NCBI GenBank assembly: GCA_964016885.1
Contig: OZ024743.1
Span: 349,742,001 to 349,806,000 of the forward strand
Direction of reading: 5' to 3'
DNA length: 64,000 nucleotides
Source: Eledone cirrhosa
Taxonomy: Eukaryota
In this document: one piece after another, positions 44,482-57,775 of the stretch
Numbering within the stretch: the stretch's first letter is position 1
Layout of the letters: each line of letters opens with the position of its first letter
Notes under the pieces: generated by a model
What the model was told of the DNA's origin: nothing
The model's database searches: none
What the model saw: the letters and a program-made list of their open reading frames with translations, nothing else
Program-made: the position numbers and the translations under genes

Positions 44482-44580
44482 CTTTGAGTCTCAGTCATTG
44501 ATCTTTAACTGGAAAGTTTGTTAAAATGAATATCAAGCCACTACTTGCAGCCTCAAATATTCAAGAAGTATCGGAGGGTT
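44482..44580 (-). mobile_element. Dong family A 3'-end fragment
   Basis: Reverse complement of the family A 3' UTR. Confidence 0.8.
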
Positions 44581-44582
44581 AT

Positions 44583-44841
44583 TTTGTGTGGTTTTCGCCA
44601 CGAGTAACCATCAGAGGTCCCCCCCCCCCCTATTGGGGAATTTTTCATTGTTTCAATTTTCATTTTTATTGTATATATATATATATATATATATGTTATT
44701 ATGTCCTTTTGTTTCTCTTTTTGTATATAAATAATAAAAGTCTTTACACGCACAAAACCCACAACGTACTGTCCTGTACCGTCCTGTGCCATCTGTAATG
44801 TTTTTTCCGTATGTCAGCTCTTGTGGCCAATAAGTAAATCA
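44583..44841 (+). mobile_element. Tx1/L1-like 3' UTR fragment
   Basis: Matches 52885-53137. Confidence 0.8.
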
Positions 44842-44851
44842 TTATTATTGT

Positions 44852-45650
44852 TCTTTGAGTCTCAGTCATTGATGTTATTTAACTGGAATGGGCATGTTAT
44901 ATCTACAATCAGGCACGATCTTTTTTCCGTCTCCAAATCCACCAGGTCAGGTCTATTGTGTTCCAGTTTCATGTCCGTCTGTATCCTAAAATCCCACAGC
45001 ACCTTCACCTGATCGATTTCTATCAGCGACTCTGGCTTATGCTCATACCACTTCTCAGAATGTGGTAAATTGTTTACTTTGCATAGGTCCCAGTGGATCA
45101 CCCTGCCCATCACATCATGTCTCCAGCCTTTATAGTGAGTCTGGGCTAGGTGTTTACACTCGGATACAATGTGAGCCACAGTCTCCTCTCTCTCTCCACA
45201 GATGCTACACAGTGAGCTAGCCTCCTCCTTGTCAATATGGTGTTTGACCCATTTTATTCTGAGGGCTTGCTCTTGCGCAGCCATTAGCATTTCTTTCTGT
45301 AGCTTTTTTAAGGTCTCCTCTTTTTAACGAGTACCATGTCTGTGGATCTCTAAATTCCGTTTTCTTAAAGAAGGTACTATGAAGGGATTTTTCATGAAGG
45401 TTGCTCTTCCTCCTTGTGGTTATTTCCTCATTGGACATCCCCTGGTGTATTGTCTTTTCCTTCAGTACAATTTTGAGCATTGGCTTCCTACCGTCAGTCA
45501 CATATTTGTGCAGGTTGTTTTTCTCCATCTGAACACAATCCTCTATGCTGATAAGACCTCTTCCACCTTCAGGTCTTTTTAAGTAGAGTCTATCGACATC
45601 ATTCCTCGTGTGGAACCTGTAGATAGTCAATAGCTTCCTGTTCTTCCTAT
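44852..45650 (-). mobile_element. Dong family A 3' fragment with internal deletion
   Basis: ORFs 44862-45290 and 45232-45630. Confidence 0.85.
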
Positions 45651-45676
45651 CTTTCTATTATTATTATTATTATTGT

Positions 45677-46104
45677 TCTTTGAGTCTCAGTCATTGATGT
45701 TATTTAACTGGAAAGTTTGTCGAAATGAATATCAAGCTACTACTTGCAGCCGCAGATATTCAGGACGTATCCGAGGGTTCTTGCTGTTCCCAGCAAGCAT
45801 GCCTTTTGAAGTGTTCCAAAAAGCGGGGCGGGGCCAATATTTTTAAACCATCCTTGGAAACTCTTTGAGATAGTACCTAGAGCGCCTATGACAATCGGGA
45901 CCACTTTGACTTCATGGCAGTTCCAAATCCTTTTTACCCCCTCCCCCACTTTAAGTCCTGGTATCGGTTAATTTTCTCCTCCTCCTTCTCTTGCACTCTC
46001 GTGTCGAATGGGCAGGCCACATCCACAATCAGGCACCATCTCCACAGATCCTACACAGTGGGCTAGCCTGCTCTTTGTAAATATGGTGTTTCGCCCACTT
46101 CGTT
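45677..46104 (-). mobile_element. Dong family A 3' fragment with internal deletion
   Basis: ORF 45740-45949 (PIVIGALG...LLGTARTL) plus 3' UTR. Confidence 0.85.
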
Positions 46105-46125
46105 TATTATTATTATTATTATTAT

Positions 46126-48027
46126 TTAGATTAGTCGAAAGCTTTCGATAGGGTCGAAAATCGTTACCTAGCGGCAGTCCTGAGGGCGGCTGGCTTTGGG
46201 CCCGTCTTAAGAGGCTGGATCGCTGCCATGCACAGCGACATCTACTCTGTGGTGAGAGTGAACGGTCACCTTTCGGTACCGTTCAACATCATGCGCTCGG
46301 TCCGCCAAGGATGTCCCCTCTCGTCCCTCTTGTACGTATTGACTCTCGAGCCATTACTGTACAAACTGGAGACGTTGAGCGGCGTCCCGCGCGGACTAGG
46401 ATGCGGAAGATCCGTGTCAGGATATGAGGGCGATATCATCGTAGTGTTGTCGAACGCCAAATACATCGAGGCAATCGGCACTACACTAAGAGAATACGAA
46501 GCGGTGACAGGAGCAATGATCAACCAGGAAAAGTCAGTGGGCCTGAAGCTCGGCACCTAGAGAGGCAGGTCCATGCCGTCCAACAGCGTCGTCAGGCGCT
46601 GAACAGACGGACCGGTTAAATTGCTAGGGGTCTGGTTCGGTCCGGACCTCCAGACGGACAAAATCTAGGACGAGGTGACGAGCAGGGTGGCTTCTCTCAC
46701 CCAGAAATGGGCGAAGAAGCTATCCCTGAAAGGTCGAGCGGAGGTGGCTAACGCGTACATCGCGTCCGTCATCTACTATCGCCTGACTGTCGTACCTTGT
46801 CCTAAGCCCCGCCTGACTGCGCTGGAGCGTTTGCTCTTTCGCTTCTTGTGGAAGGGACGCGCTCCGATGGTCCATCTGCTGTCAACACCCGCTACGTGGA
46901 GGGCTGGGCATGCCGTGGCTGATGATGTGCAGACACGCGCTCAGGCTACGACATCTCCACCTCTTCCTCGACGGTGATCAGGTGTGGTCGCCGTTGCTAG
47001 ACGCGTCTTTCCGCAGCTCGTCTCCTTGACGGAGCTGCAGTCATGGGTCAAGCGAAGACCGAGAGGGAGCGCTTGGAACTGGAATGTCTTCAGGCGCTCA
47101 CAGCCCTCGACCAATTGGGCATATGTGATCGGTGGAAACTCCGCCTTGGCGTTCTATAGAGGATTCGTGGAGGGGAAGAGCGACGACGTACTTGAGGAAG
47201 CTCTAGGCGTCGACGAAAATCAACTAGCCAATCTCTTCGGAAGAACTTTCGGGCCGGGGCCTATGGACAACTTCCAGAAATCCCTGGCCTGGCAGTGCTA
47301 CCGGGGAGCTTTGCCAGTTCGGGATAAACTCTACAGGCATGGAGGTGCCGTCAGCCGGGCATGTCCGAGATGCACACAGGGCGACGAAACCGTCCTGCAC
47401 GCACTCGTCCAGTGTCCGAGCATTGCTGACTTGTGGGTTTATGTCGAACACCTGCTGTCGCGTGTGGGACGGATCCAGCTATCAGCTGAGTCCATCATGA
47501 GGATGCCCCGCCCTCTTCCTTTAGCCGGGAAGGGCAGGCAGTTTTTATCTGTCTGGTGGCCATGGCGAAAGAGATATTATGGTGGACACGTTTGAAAGGG
47601 CTGAAGACGAGCACTTACCTCTTCGGTGATGCCCTGATTACCTTTTTCAAATTTCATTTGAAAAGGAAAATCAGGGTAGAGAGGGAAGTGCTCTCTTCCC
47701 AGCATTTTGTTGAAAGATGGGCGAGAGAGGCAAGAATGGCCCGAGTGAATGGGCCTACTCTGAGCACGTATCTGTAAATTAAAGGTGGAAAACTGGGATA
47801 GGGCACTTGCCCTGGTGGTCAGAGTCACTGTGGCTTTTTAATGGGCTTTCTCCACGAATGTCCCTCGGAAGTGTCCCCCCTATTAGGGAATTTTTTCATT
47901 GTTCTATTATTACATCCTCTGTTTCTTGTTTTTTACACGCAGAAATGCCCATTTGTACTGCCCTGTATTTTCCTGTACTGTCCTTAATGTCTACTTTATG
48001 TAAAACCTTGTGGTTAATAAAGAAAGC
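46126..48027 (+). mobile_element. Tx1/L1-clade LINE, 5'-truncated
   Basis: SKAFDRV, SVRQGCPLS, LLGVWF, zf-RVT CPRC..ETVLHALVQC; ends aataaagaaagc + (ATT)n. Confidence 0.85.
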
Positions 48028-48268
48028 ATTATTATTGATTATTATTATTATTAATGTTGGTGAAGCCACGCTTCTTATCGCCTCCAGTTTTTTTTCAACG
48101 TTTTACCTCGTTTTCAACCGTTCTAAACCTTTTATTCAAGTTTTAAATTTGATAAAAGTTTAGAAGTGACCCACCTAATACAGGGGTTCACTAGTAAATA
48201 ATACTGCACCCCTTTACGGGGTGTCGTATTCGTATTTGTGTAAGAATATTTTATTGAAAAATTTCAAC

Positions 48269-49420
48269 ATGGATAACACAAGAAAGAGAGAGAGTGCTGT
48301 CAGACATCACAGAGAGAGGGAGACTTTATCAGCATGTCAACAAGACAGCGTTCCAGCGGAGGTAAATATAAACGAAAATATTACAAAGGAAAAGAAGATT
48401 GTTACAGATTTAAAATTAACAAATATTTATAACATAAACAACACCAACAATAACACAAACAACAACACCAACAACAACACCATCAATAACAACAGCAACA
48501 ACAAAAATAACAGCGGTAAAGTCGAGAACGACAATAACAAAAATAACAGCGGTAAGGTCGAGAACGACAATAACAAAAATAACAGCGGTAAGGTCGAGAA
48601 CGACAATAACAATGACAATAACAACAGCCACAACAACAATAATAGTAGGAACAGTATCAACAAAAACAACAATAATAACAACAGCCACAATAACAGTAAC
48701 AACAGCAACAGTATCAACGAAAACAACAACAACAACACCAACAACTGTACAAACGAAAACAACAATAATGACACCGATACCTGTAATAGCGTTCTCAGCA
48801 CCACCAGTAAGACCAGTAGCGGCAGCAATAGTGGTGCTGCTGAAAAAGGGACCACTTCTTTTGCAGGTGTCGCTCGAAATATCGAGACAGTGTTAGTCAC
48901 AGAGGAGGAGATGGCAGTCGCAAGGGCCATGGTGACAAGAAGCGCAAATAGAGTCTACCTGAAACCTCCACCCGATTTTTTCAAGGACCAGCAGCTACGG
49001 ACGGTGACTTACCGCACCGTAAGCAAAATCTCACATCGTGTGGAGAGAGCCACGGAGGCTCAAATCCAAAAGGCCTTTGGGTGCGTCTGGGCAAGCAAAA
49101 CCCACATCACGCAAGGCAGAAAGTACGCCACAGTAGACGCACTTTTCGCCACCCCCAGGAAGAAAAGTCTCACACTTTGGAAACCCTAAAGAGTGCCCTT
49201 CTACTGCGGGGAGAAAATTGTGAGGTTCAAAGTGACCCAGGTCCCACCCGACGTGCCCATACCTTGGCTGGCCGCGTATGTCCTTGCTGGAATCGAGAAC
49301 AGGACGACCATGCTGTAAGTAGAAAAAATTGGGAGAGAGAACTGCTCAGGTATAGGCATGCAAATGCTTATACAAACTGACCAGGAATGTATTGACTCGT
49401 TACCACATGATCAAGGTAAG
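48269..49420 (+). pseudogene. Tx1-like ORF1, frameshifted, with Asn-rich insert
   Basis: ATG at 48269, SFAGVA motif, position upstream of ORF2. Confidence 0.6.
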
Positions 49421-49455
49421 TGACCCTTTCTCACTTGCCCCGTTTCTCATCCAAC

Positions 49456-52400
49456 ATGGCCGTACTCAGAATAGGCAGTATAAATTCACGTGGCCTGGGT
49501 CATCTTGGAAGCAGGGTCACATGCTCAACGTCCACAGGTCGCTAAACATAGATGCGGTGGCCATCAGTGAAACCAGAATCTCCGAAGCACAAGCCTTCGC
49601 ACCGATCTTCGGCGGCTACGATGTATACGCATCTCCCAGCCGTCCAGGATCGGGGGGAGAGTTTGCCGTCCTTTTTCGGAGAGGCTTGGATCTCGCGATA
49701 CGGGCCATCTTCCTAGACCCAGAAGGTAAGTCGGTGGTGCTGGACGTGACCGGCCGCGAAGGCAATGCTTTCAGGCTAGTAGCCGTCTACGCCCCAACGG
49801 GGGCAGGACGGCCAGATTTCTTCAGACGTCTAGAGACCTTTCTTGGAACGTCCCGCTCTTTAGTGTTAGTGGGTGACTGGAACGGTATCTTGGATGCACG
49901 CTGGGATTGTGTGGGGCTAGTGGATAGAGGAGGAGGGTGCAAGAGCCTCACCAACCTGCTCAGACGTTTTGAACTGTCTGACAGGTATCAACTGGATCAC
50001 CCGAATGTGCCAATGTGGACATGGGCAAATCGCATCGGGTCATCCAGATCGTATCTCGATATGGTATTCTGCAGAGAATTAGATAAGGCTAGTATAATTT
50101 GTCCACAATTTAAAATAGTCGACTACACATACCACAAATTTGTGATCTGTGTGATCGACATAGACAGACTTCATAGACAAGGGCCAGGTTACTGGAAGCT
50201 GAACGCGTCTTTCCCGGCGCGCAAAGCCTACAGAGACCGGATTAGCCTATTAGTTAAGCGGCCGTTGACGAGAGCGGTGGTCAACAACAGGTGATGTTTC
50301 GCTCTGAAAAGGGCAATTAAAGTAGAGTCGATTAGGTTTAGCAAAAAGGAGTAGTGATAGGGGAAAATAGAGTAGAGGGAGAGCTAGTCAGAAAGCTAGA
50401 AGAGGCGTTTAGGACAGGCATCGCAACCGACGTGCTTGCGGTGAGATTGGCACTCGACCAATTCTTGAGCGCAAACCACGAAGGCTGCGTTGTCAGACCT
50501 AGAGCGCGTGCTCTGAAACACGAGGGGACAAGAGCCGTCCAATGAGCCCGGGTGGCAGAGGCGCGACGTGGCAACAAATCCACAATTCGGTCATTGTCTG
50601 ACAAATGCGGGTGCGTGATGCTCGAACCCGAGCGGATGTGTGAAGCTTTTCAGTAGCACTTTGCTGAATTGTTCGGGAGCGGCCGCGGCCCGGATCGGGG
50701 CATGACTTCAGTGCATACCTCGACGGACTGCCTCGGCTCTCGACGACCGCAGCACAGTGTTGCGAAAAGCCAATAACAGCCGATGAAATACGGGAAGCGA
50801 TGGCTAACTGCACGAGCGGTAAATCGCCAGGTTTGGATGGTCTGCCCTACGAGCTTTATGCATTTATGCCAGACTTGTTCGGTGACCTCTTGGCAGACGT
50901 CTAAGGCAACTGGCAGCAGAACGGGAGCATTCCCAGTTTTGTGAGCCGGGGAGCAGTGGCGCTGCTGAGAAAAGACCCGAACAAGGGGGATGTTATCTAT
51001 AATCTCAGGCTCATAGCCCTGCTAAACGCAGAGTTCTAAGATTTTGGCCAAGGTGTTAGCAACGAGGATGGCGTTTGTCGTCAATGGTCTGGTGGGAGAG
51101 GCGCAGACATGCGCCATTCCGAGCAGATCCTTACACGACAACCTCCACCTAATGCGATACATCATAGAGAGGGTGGTTAAGGAACCTGGCACGGGTGGGT
51201 CCCTGATCAACTTGGATCAATCCAAAGCATTCGATAGGGTCAACCATCGGTACCTGGCGGCGGTCCTCGAGGCAGCCGGTTTCGGGCCCGTTTGTACAGC
51301 GACATCTTCTCAGTTGGAAGGGTGAACGGTCACCTGTCGCAGCCGTTCAGCATTATGCGCTCAGTCCGCCAGGGTTGTCCCCTCTCGTCCCTCTTGTACG
51401 TATTGGCTCACGAGCCGTTACAGCACAAACTGGGGGCGATGAGGGGCGTCACACGCGAACTTGGATGCGAGAAATCCGAGTCGGCTTACGCTAATGAGGT
51501 CACCCTGGTGGTGTCGAGCACCAGACACGTTCAGATGCTCGGCACTGCTCTCAAGGAATACGAAGCAGTGACAGGAGCAAAGATAAACCAGGAAAAGTCG
51601 GTGGGCTTGCAGCTCGGCACCTGGAGAGGCAAGTCAATGCCGTCCGACAGCGTCATGGTGTGTTGGACGGACGGACCGGTTAAATTGCTCGGAGTCTGGT
51701 TCGGACCGGACCTCCAGATGGAGAAAAACTGGAACGATGTGACGAGAAAGGTGGCCTCCCTCAGCCAGAAACGGGTCGAAGGGAAGCTGTCCCTGAGAGG
51801 CAAGGTGGAGGTGGCGAATGCGTACATCGCATTCGTCATATGCTACCGCCTCACCGTCGGTGAGCGCCTCCTCTTCTGCTTTTTGTGGAAGGGACGCGCT
51901 CCCATGGTCAAACGATCCATCTGCTGTCAACACCTGTTGCGTGGAGGACTGGGCATGCCATGGCTGATGATGCGCAAACATGCGCTGAGGCTGCGACATC
52001 TCTGGTGCTTCCTTGATGGTGAATAGGTGTGGTCGCCGTTCGCCAGGCACGTTTTCCCACAACTCGTCTCCTTCACGGAGCTGCAGTCCTGGGTCAGAAA
52101 AAGACCGAGGGATAGCGCTTGGAAACTGGAATGTTTCGAGGCGCTCACTGCCCTCTGTCAATTGGGCATCAGTATCGGTGGAACATCTACCTCAGCGTTC
52201 AATAGAGGACTAGTGGAGAGGAAGAGCGACGACATTCTCGGAGAGATCCTGGGCGTCGAAGAAGATCAGCTGTTTGCTCTCTTCCGGAGAACTTTCAGCC
52301 CGGGGTCTATGGATAACTTCCAAAAGTCCCTGGCCTGGCAGTGCTACCGGGAAGCGTCGCCGGTTCGAGATAAGCTCTACAGGCACGGAAGTGCCGTCAG

Positions 52401-52824
52401 CCGAGCCTGTCCGAGATGCGCGCAGAGCGACGAAACCGTCGTGCACTCACTCGTTCAGTGCCCGAGCATTGCTGACTTGTGGAGCTATGTTGAACAGTTG
52501 TTGTCGCGTGTGGGACTGATCCAGTTGTCGACTGAGTCCATTGTGCAGATGATCTCGCCGTCTTCCTTCGAGGAGGAAGGGCAGGCGGTTTTCATCTGCC
52601 TGGTGGCCATGGCGAAAGAGATTGTGTGGTGGACAAGGTTTAAATGGTTAAAGACAGACACTTTCCTCTTCGGCGAATCCCTATTTAACTTTTTCAAGTT
52701 TCACTTGAAGAGGAATATCAGGGTCGAGAGGCAAGTGCTGCCTTCTAGCAAGTTTGTTGAAAGGTGGGTGAATGTAGCGAGAATGACCCGAATGAACGGG
52801 ACCACTCTGAATATACGTCTGTAG
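49456..52824 (+). pseudogene. Tx1-like ORF2 (APE endonuclease + RT + C-terminal zinc finger)
   Basis: MAVLRIGSINSRGL, SETR, VYAP, GDWN, SYLD, GYWKLN, KSPGLDGLP, DQSKAFDRV, RQGCPLS, CPRC; several stops and frameshifts. Confidence 0.88.
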
Positions 52825-53159
52825 TTTGAGAGATGGAAAAATTGATAGAGAGCGCTTGCCCTGGTGGTCAGGATGGCCGTGGTCTTTTGTGTGGTTTTCG
52901 CCACGAGTAACCCTCGGAGGTTTCCCCCCTATTGGGCAATTCTTCATTGTTTCAATTTTCATTTTTATTGTTTATATATATATATATGTTTCTATGTCCT
53001 TTTTTTGTTTTCTTCTTTTCTTATATAAATAATAAAAATATTTACACGCACAAAACCCACATTGTACCGTCCTGTACCGTCCTGTGCCGTCTGTAATGTT
53101 TTTCTTGATGTCAGCACTTGTGGCCAATAAAGAAATCATTATTATTATTATTATTATTA

Positions 53160-54260
53160 CAGTTGTATTTATCTTGCTTTATGTTCATACGAGTTATCAC
53201 CAAGTCACAACCAGTGACCTCAAGAGACAACAAGGTCCGCCATGTTCAAGAAAGAACATACATATTCACACATGCATCTTTAGTGTTTAGACTTGTGATG
53301 TACTTATATTGACAGAATCTTCCTTAGTATATGGGCAGTTCCCATTAGTACTATCTTTTGTATTTCTCCTATACGCGGGTTTCCTGGGATTTGCGATATG
53401 TAATCATTAGACCCCTTAGGTATCATTCCCAGAGCGCCTACAACCACTGGTATTGTTTTAGTTCTCAATTTCCACATTTTTCCAATTTCTATCTCCAGGT
53501 CCTTATACTTGCTCAATTTTTCAAATGTTTTTATAGATACATTCTTGTCTATTGGAACAGACATATCAATTAGCAGGCATACCCTCTTTTGAAAGTCTTT
53601 CAATATTATATCAGGTCTGTTTGCATCTATTTTTCGGTCTGTTTGGATACTAAAGTTCCACAAGATTGAGATGTGATCTTTTTCAAGTATGGGAGGTGGT
53701 TGATGCTCCCACCAATTCTTTTGATGGGGCAGGTCAAAATGCTTACACATTATCCAACGTATGTATTGTGCAGCTCTGTCATGCCTGTTTAGGTATTCGG
53801 TTGGATCTATAGGACTGCACATTGAAATTATATGGTCAATGGTCTCTGGTTGTTTTTTGCATACACGGCATAATGGGCTGCACCCATTTTTTATTATGTT
53901 GGCTTGGTAATTTTTTGTTGGCAGACACTGATCTTGTGCCGATATAATCAGTCCTTCAGTCTCCGATTTCAGTCCAGAGGATGCCAACCACTGATGGGTT
54001 AAAGTTTTGTCAACATCAGGATTGTTAGCTCTTTCTGGGTATTTTCCATACAGAGGCTTTTCTTGCCATTTCTTAGCCAGTTTCTGTAGCAGTTCTTTCT
54101 TTGCAGTTACTTTTACCTGCTTTGCTTTTTCTGTGTTTTCCATTTCAGCAGTAAATGGGACTTCTGAAATTTGTAGTCCATTACTGTATCTTTGTGCATC
54201 TTTTGTAATGGAATATGATCTTTTGATGCTTTCGTGTTTCAAAACGAGTTTGATCATCCA

Positions 54261-54261
<1 letters not shown>
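53160..54261 (-). mobile_element. R4/Dong family B 3' portion
   Basis: Near-identical to 18687-19795; open CCHC + RLE frame; (ATT)n flanks. Confidence 0.9.
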
Positions 54262-54297
<36 letters not shown>

Positions 54298-54787
54298 GTT
54301 ATCATTATTATTATTATTATTATAGAAATTACTTCTACAGGACTAGACAGTTTCATTCGTAGGAGACCACCAGGAATCCCTTTCTCGGCTTTCTTCCAAA
54401 AAAACTTGACTTTCTTCTGTCTCTGCTTCTTCTGCTTCTTTATTCTTTACCTCTCCCTCTTCGTATTCTTATTTTTCTTCCTCGGCTTCCCCATCTCCTT
54501 CTTCACCTCCTTCTCCCACTCCTCATCAATCAAGTAACCTCTCCATTTTACCTCCACCTCATCCACCACTAGATAGTTGCTCCATTAGATAGGACCTCCA
54601 ACACCACCTTCAACTTCCAACTAAGACACATATAAATAACAAGAATCAATCAACTTTATTTAACACTCTTGCTGATTTCTGACGAATGAAATAGTCCAGT
54701 AAAATTCATTTTTATATAAAATAATATTAAAATGCGTATACCTATGTGTTGAGTAACTGTCTTAACTGTAGTTACCTCCCCGACACA

Positions 54788-54995
54788 ACTCGAGGCTTCT
54801 GGTGTCTTTATCCCTAGGACCACCTCCTTACTCAACACCATCCGCACGGAGTTCGCTACCTGCATGTGTGAGCCTCACGAGCTGGAATGACCCTACCAAC
54901 ACGTCTTCCTCACTATCCTCCTGGGGCAACGCTTTCTCTATTCTGTCCGCCGGGACCGCGGAGCGGACAGCGCGTGGGCTTCCATTTGCATATAA
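54788..54995 (+). mobile_element. CRE-clade non-LTR element 3' relic
   Basis: EASGVFIPRTTSLLNTI...CEPHELE*PYQHVFLTIL, then with a frameshift GNAFSILSAG; resembles the CRE C-terminal 'ETxG...QRLSLAIxRGNA' pattern. Confidence 0.5.
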
Positions 54996-55124
54996 TAGTG
55001 AGAGATGGGGAGAGTGAGAAAGACGGAGGCAGTGAGTGAAAGAAAAAGAACATCAATGTACACACGCGCTTGATAAATCAGACATACATTAGCTAAATAA
55101 ACTCTGTAAAGAGAAATAGAAAAT

Positions 55125-56730
55125 AAAACTAACTTTTAATCTCCCGACAATCTACATTTAAATTGGCAAAAGAGACCGCCTCGGCACATTGCAAGTTAGA
55201 GCCACTTTTCTATAAAAGTAGTTCATTGACCACAGACCTTCAGGAGATAAGTGAGGCAATGAATGAACAATACAAAAGTGTTTTCACACCTCCAATTTTC
55301 ACATGCAAATAAATAAGCCAGATGAATTTTTCAACTCAGCTGCATTACACAGAGAAATAACAACTATGAACCACATAGATATAACGATGAATGATGTAAT
55401 ATCAGCCATAGACTATTTGAAAACAAATTTGGCAGCTGGCCCTGATGGTTCCCCAGCAATCCTCCTAAAATCATGCAAGCGAACATTAGCAAAACCACAG
55501 CAGACCCTCTTCCAAAGATCCCTTGCAAGTGATAAACTACCTGTAAAACTAAAAGTAAGCATATGTCGTACCCATAAAGGAGGAAGCAGAGCAGACGCTA
55601 AAAACTACATACCTGTCTTCCTGACCTCACACATCAGCAAAGTCATGGACCGAATCATCAGCAGGAAACTGATCACTTTTCTATAGGAAAACGATTTTCT
55701 AGCTTACACTGAGCATGGAGGTCGTCCGGGTAGAATTTGTCTTACGCAGCTCTCATTGCATTATGAATGGATACTCAAACAGCTGTTAGACCTTTCAAAC
55801 GTAGATGTGATAAATCTCGACTTTGCGAAGGCCTTCGACAAGGTTGATCATCGAATGATATGTTACAAACTAGGTAGCTTTGGTATAGCTGGAACACTAG
55901 GTGAATGGCTTCATGACTTCTTAAAAGACAGAAGCCAGACTGTTGCAGCCAAAGCGGTCCTCTCAAAGGAAACATCCTTAACAAGCAGTGTGCTGCAGGG
56001 AACTGTCTCGGAGTCACTATTGTTTGTGATGGTTCTTTCAAACATGCCCTATGTAACACGAACAAATTCCCTCACAAACTATGTTGACGTCACGAAAGTA
56101 GGACAGGCAATCAATAAACCGGCTGATGCTACTCTCTTACAACATGATTTAGATGCCAATTTAATGCAGGTAACTCTCAAGCGCTCCGCTACCAACACAC
56201 AAACAGAGGATCACCAAATGTACACTGAACCTGGAGGAATCGAAATCCCAGAGTCAAAATTAATACGGATCTTGGGTATTGATTTGAGAAATGATGCCTC
56301 GTTTCATGCACACATCATGAAAATGATGGCAATGTGCAGACGACTGGTGGGATGGATTCTGAGGATATTCAGGACAAGAGACTCGGAAACCATGTTGGTC
56401 CTCTGGAAGACTTTCGTCCTCAGCCGACTGGACTATTGCTCTCAGCTCTGGTCGCCCCACAGTGTGAGTCTAAGTGCAGAACTTGAAGAAATCCAACGAA
56501 ACTACACCATGAGGATTTCTTCAATGAAAGAGATGAGCTACTGGGAGAGGCTGAAGAAATTAAAGCTTTACTCCCTACAGCAGAGACAGGAGAGATACGC
56601 AGTGACATATATTTGGAAGATCCTGGAAGGGATAGCACCAATCTTCGACATTGAAAGCAGGACCAGCCCCCAAAATATGAGATATCTACATGGTGTGCAT
56701 GTAGATGTTTTCAAGAAACATCTCGACACC
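55125..56730 (+). mobile_element. CR1-group LINE, truncated and degenerate
   Basis: AAGPDG, DFAKAFDKVDH, SVLQGTV, SRLDYCSQLWSP, YWERLKKLKLYSL. Confidence 0.85.
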
Positions 56731-56739
56731 TGTGACGTC

Positions 56740-56893
56740 GCAATTCATTTCTACAGCTGAGTAAACTGGAGCAACGCGAAATAAAGTGTCTTGCTGAAGG
56801 TCACAACGAAACACCATGTCCGAGAATAGAACTCAGAATCTCCCGATTCCAAGCTCAATGCCCAATGCTCTAACCACTAAACCATGGGCCTTC
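56740..56893 (-). mobile_element. tRNA-derived SINE (third family; fragment also at 26975-27031)
   Basis: Minus-strand A box tggtttagtggttagag and B-box-like gagttctattc; core agctgagt(a/g)aactggagcaa..tgtcttgct. Confidence 0.65.
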
Positions 56894-57139
56894 TACACAC
56901 ACACACACACACACCGGAGCTCAGCCGTCGGGGTCCTCACTGTTTTCCTATATATATATATATAACCTGATTTGTTTCTTCGTTGATTTTAGGTAGTATA
57001 TGGCCTGCCTCAAAGTATGTTATTACTCTAAGGCCAGACCTTATGGAGTGCTTTGCTTCTCATTCCTAATTGTAGGTCGTTCGCTTGGCCACAACCAAAG
57101 ATTCGATTTTACTAAACTTCCACTTATATATATATATAC

Positions 57140-57359
57140 ATAATTACAACAATGACATAAACAGGTATTCAAGTTTCTTTGGGTTTTGGACCCTAAATTA
57201 TTCAGCCTCTCAGAAGCTTATGGCAAGCTGAATGAGTTGGGGTTCAGAATGCAACGAAACTTGAGTACCTGTTTATGTCACTGTTGTAATTATTTATACT
57301 AAACTAGTCCTATGGACTGAGCGCACTTACCCTTGGATATTTCCACTTAACTTTTACTA

Positions 57360-57362
<3 letters not shown>
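57140..57362 (+). mobile_element. Fold-back element with the 3' half of a hammerhead
   Basis: Arms 57140-57206 / 57227-57293; GAAA-cttgag-TA at 57256; tail into (TA)n. Confidence 0.7.
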
Positions 57363-57423
<61 letters not shown>

Positions 57424-57424
57424 G

Positions 57425-57728
57425 TGTGTATAATGGTAGCTATGGTGCTTCCATAGGTGGTATACCAAAATTAGCACTCAATATTCTTACAGAGCAGAGT
57501 GTGAATAGTATAAAAAAACGAAAAATCAGTGAAGCATCTGGACTCAGTTTATTGCGTGTTACAGTTGTTTCGCCGAAGAAAGTTTGCTCCGAAAGAATTG
57601 CATGTGTCCGAAGGAACCTGCAGCCGTAGAACCTGCCAGATCCATACAGTGATCATGTCTCGAGCTACCTGCCGGCGAAACAATTGTAACACGCAATAAA
57701 CTGAGTCCAGATGCATCACCGATTTTTC

Positions 57729-57732
<4 letters not shown>
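57425..57732 (-). mobile_element. Fold-back element with a degenerate hammerhead
   Basis: Arms 57516-57575 / 57673-57732; tgtgt-CCGAAGG...GAAA-caattg-TA-acacg at 57603-57693. Confidence 0.7.

Positions 57733-57775
<43 letters not shown>

Larger units (their letters stand above)
48054..53137 (+). mobile_element. Tx1/L1-clade LINE, near full-length, two ORFs, disrupted
   Basis: ORF1 plus APE-RT ORF2; (ATT)n at both ends. Confidence 0.88.

Noticed and set aside
54984-54991. Octamer ATTTGCAT as an snRNA or histone promoter element
   Set aside because: Single motif at the end of a retroelement relic with no associated gene.
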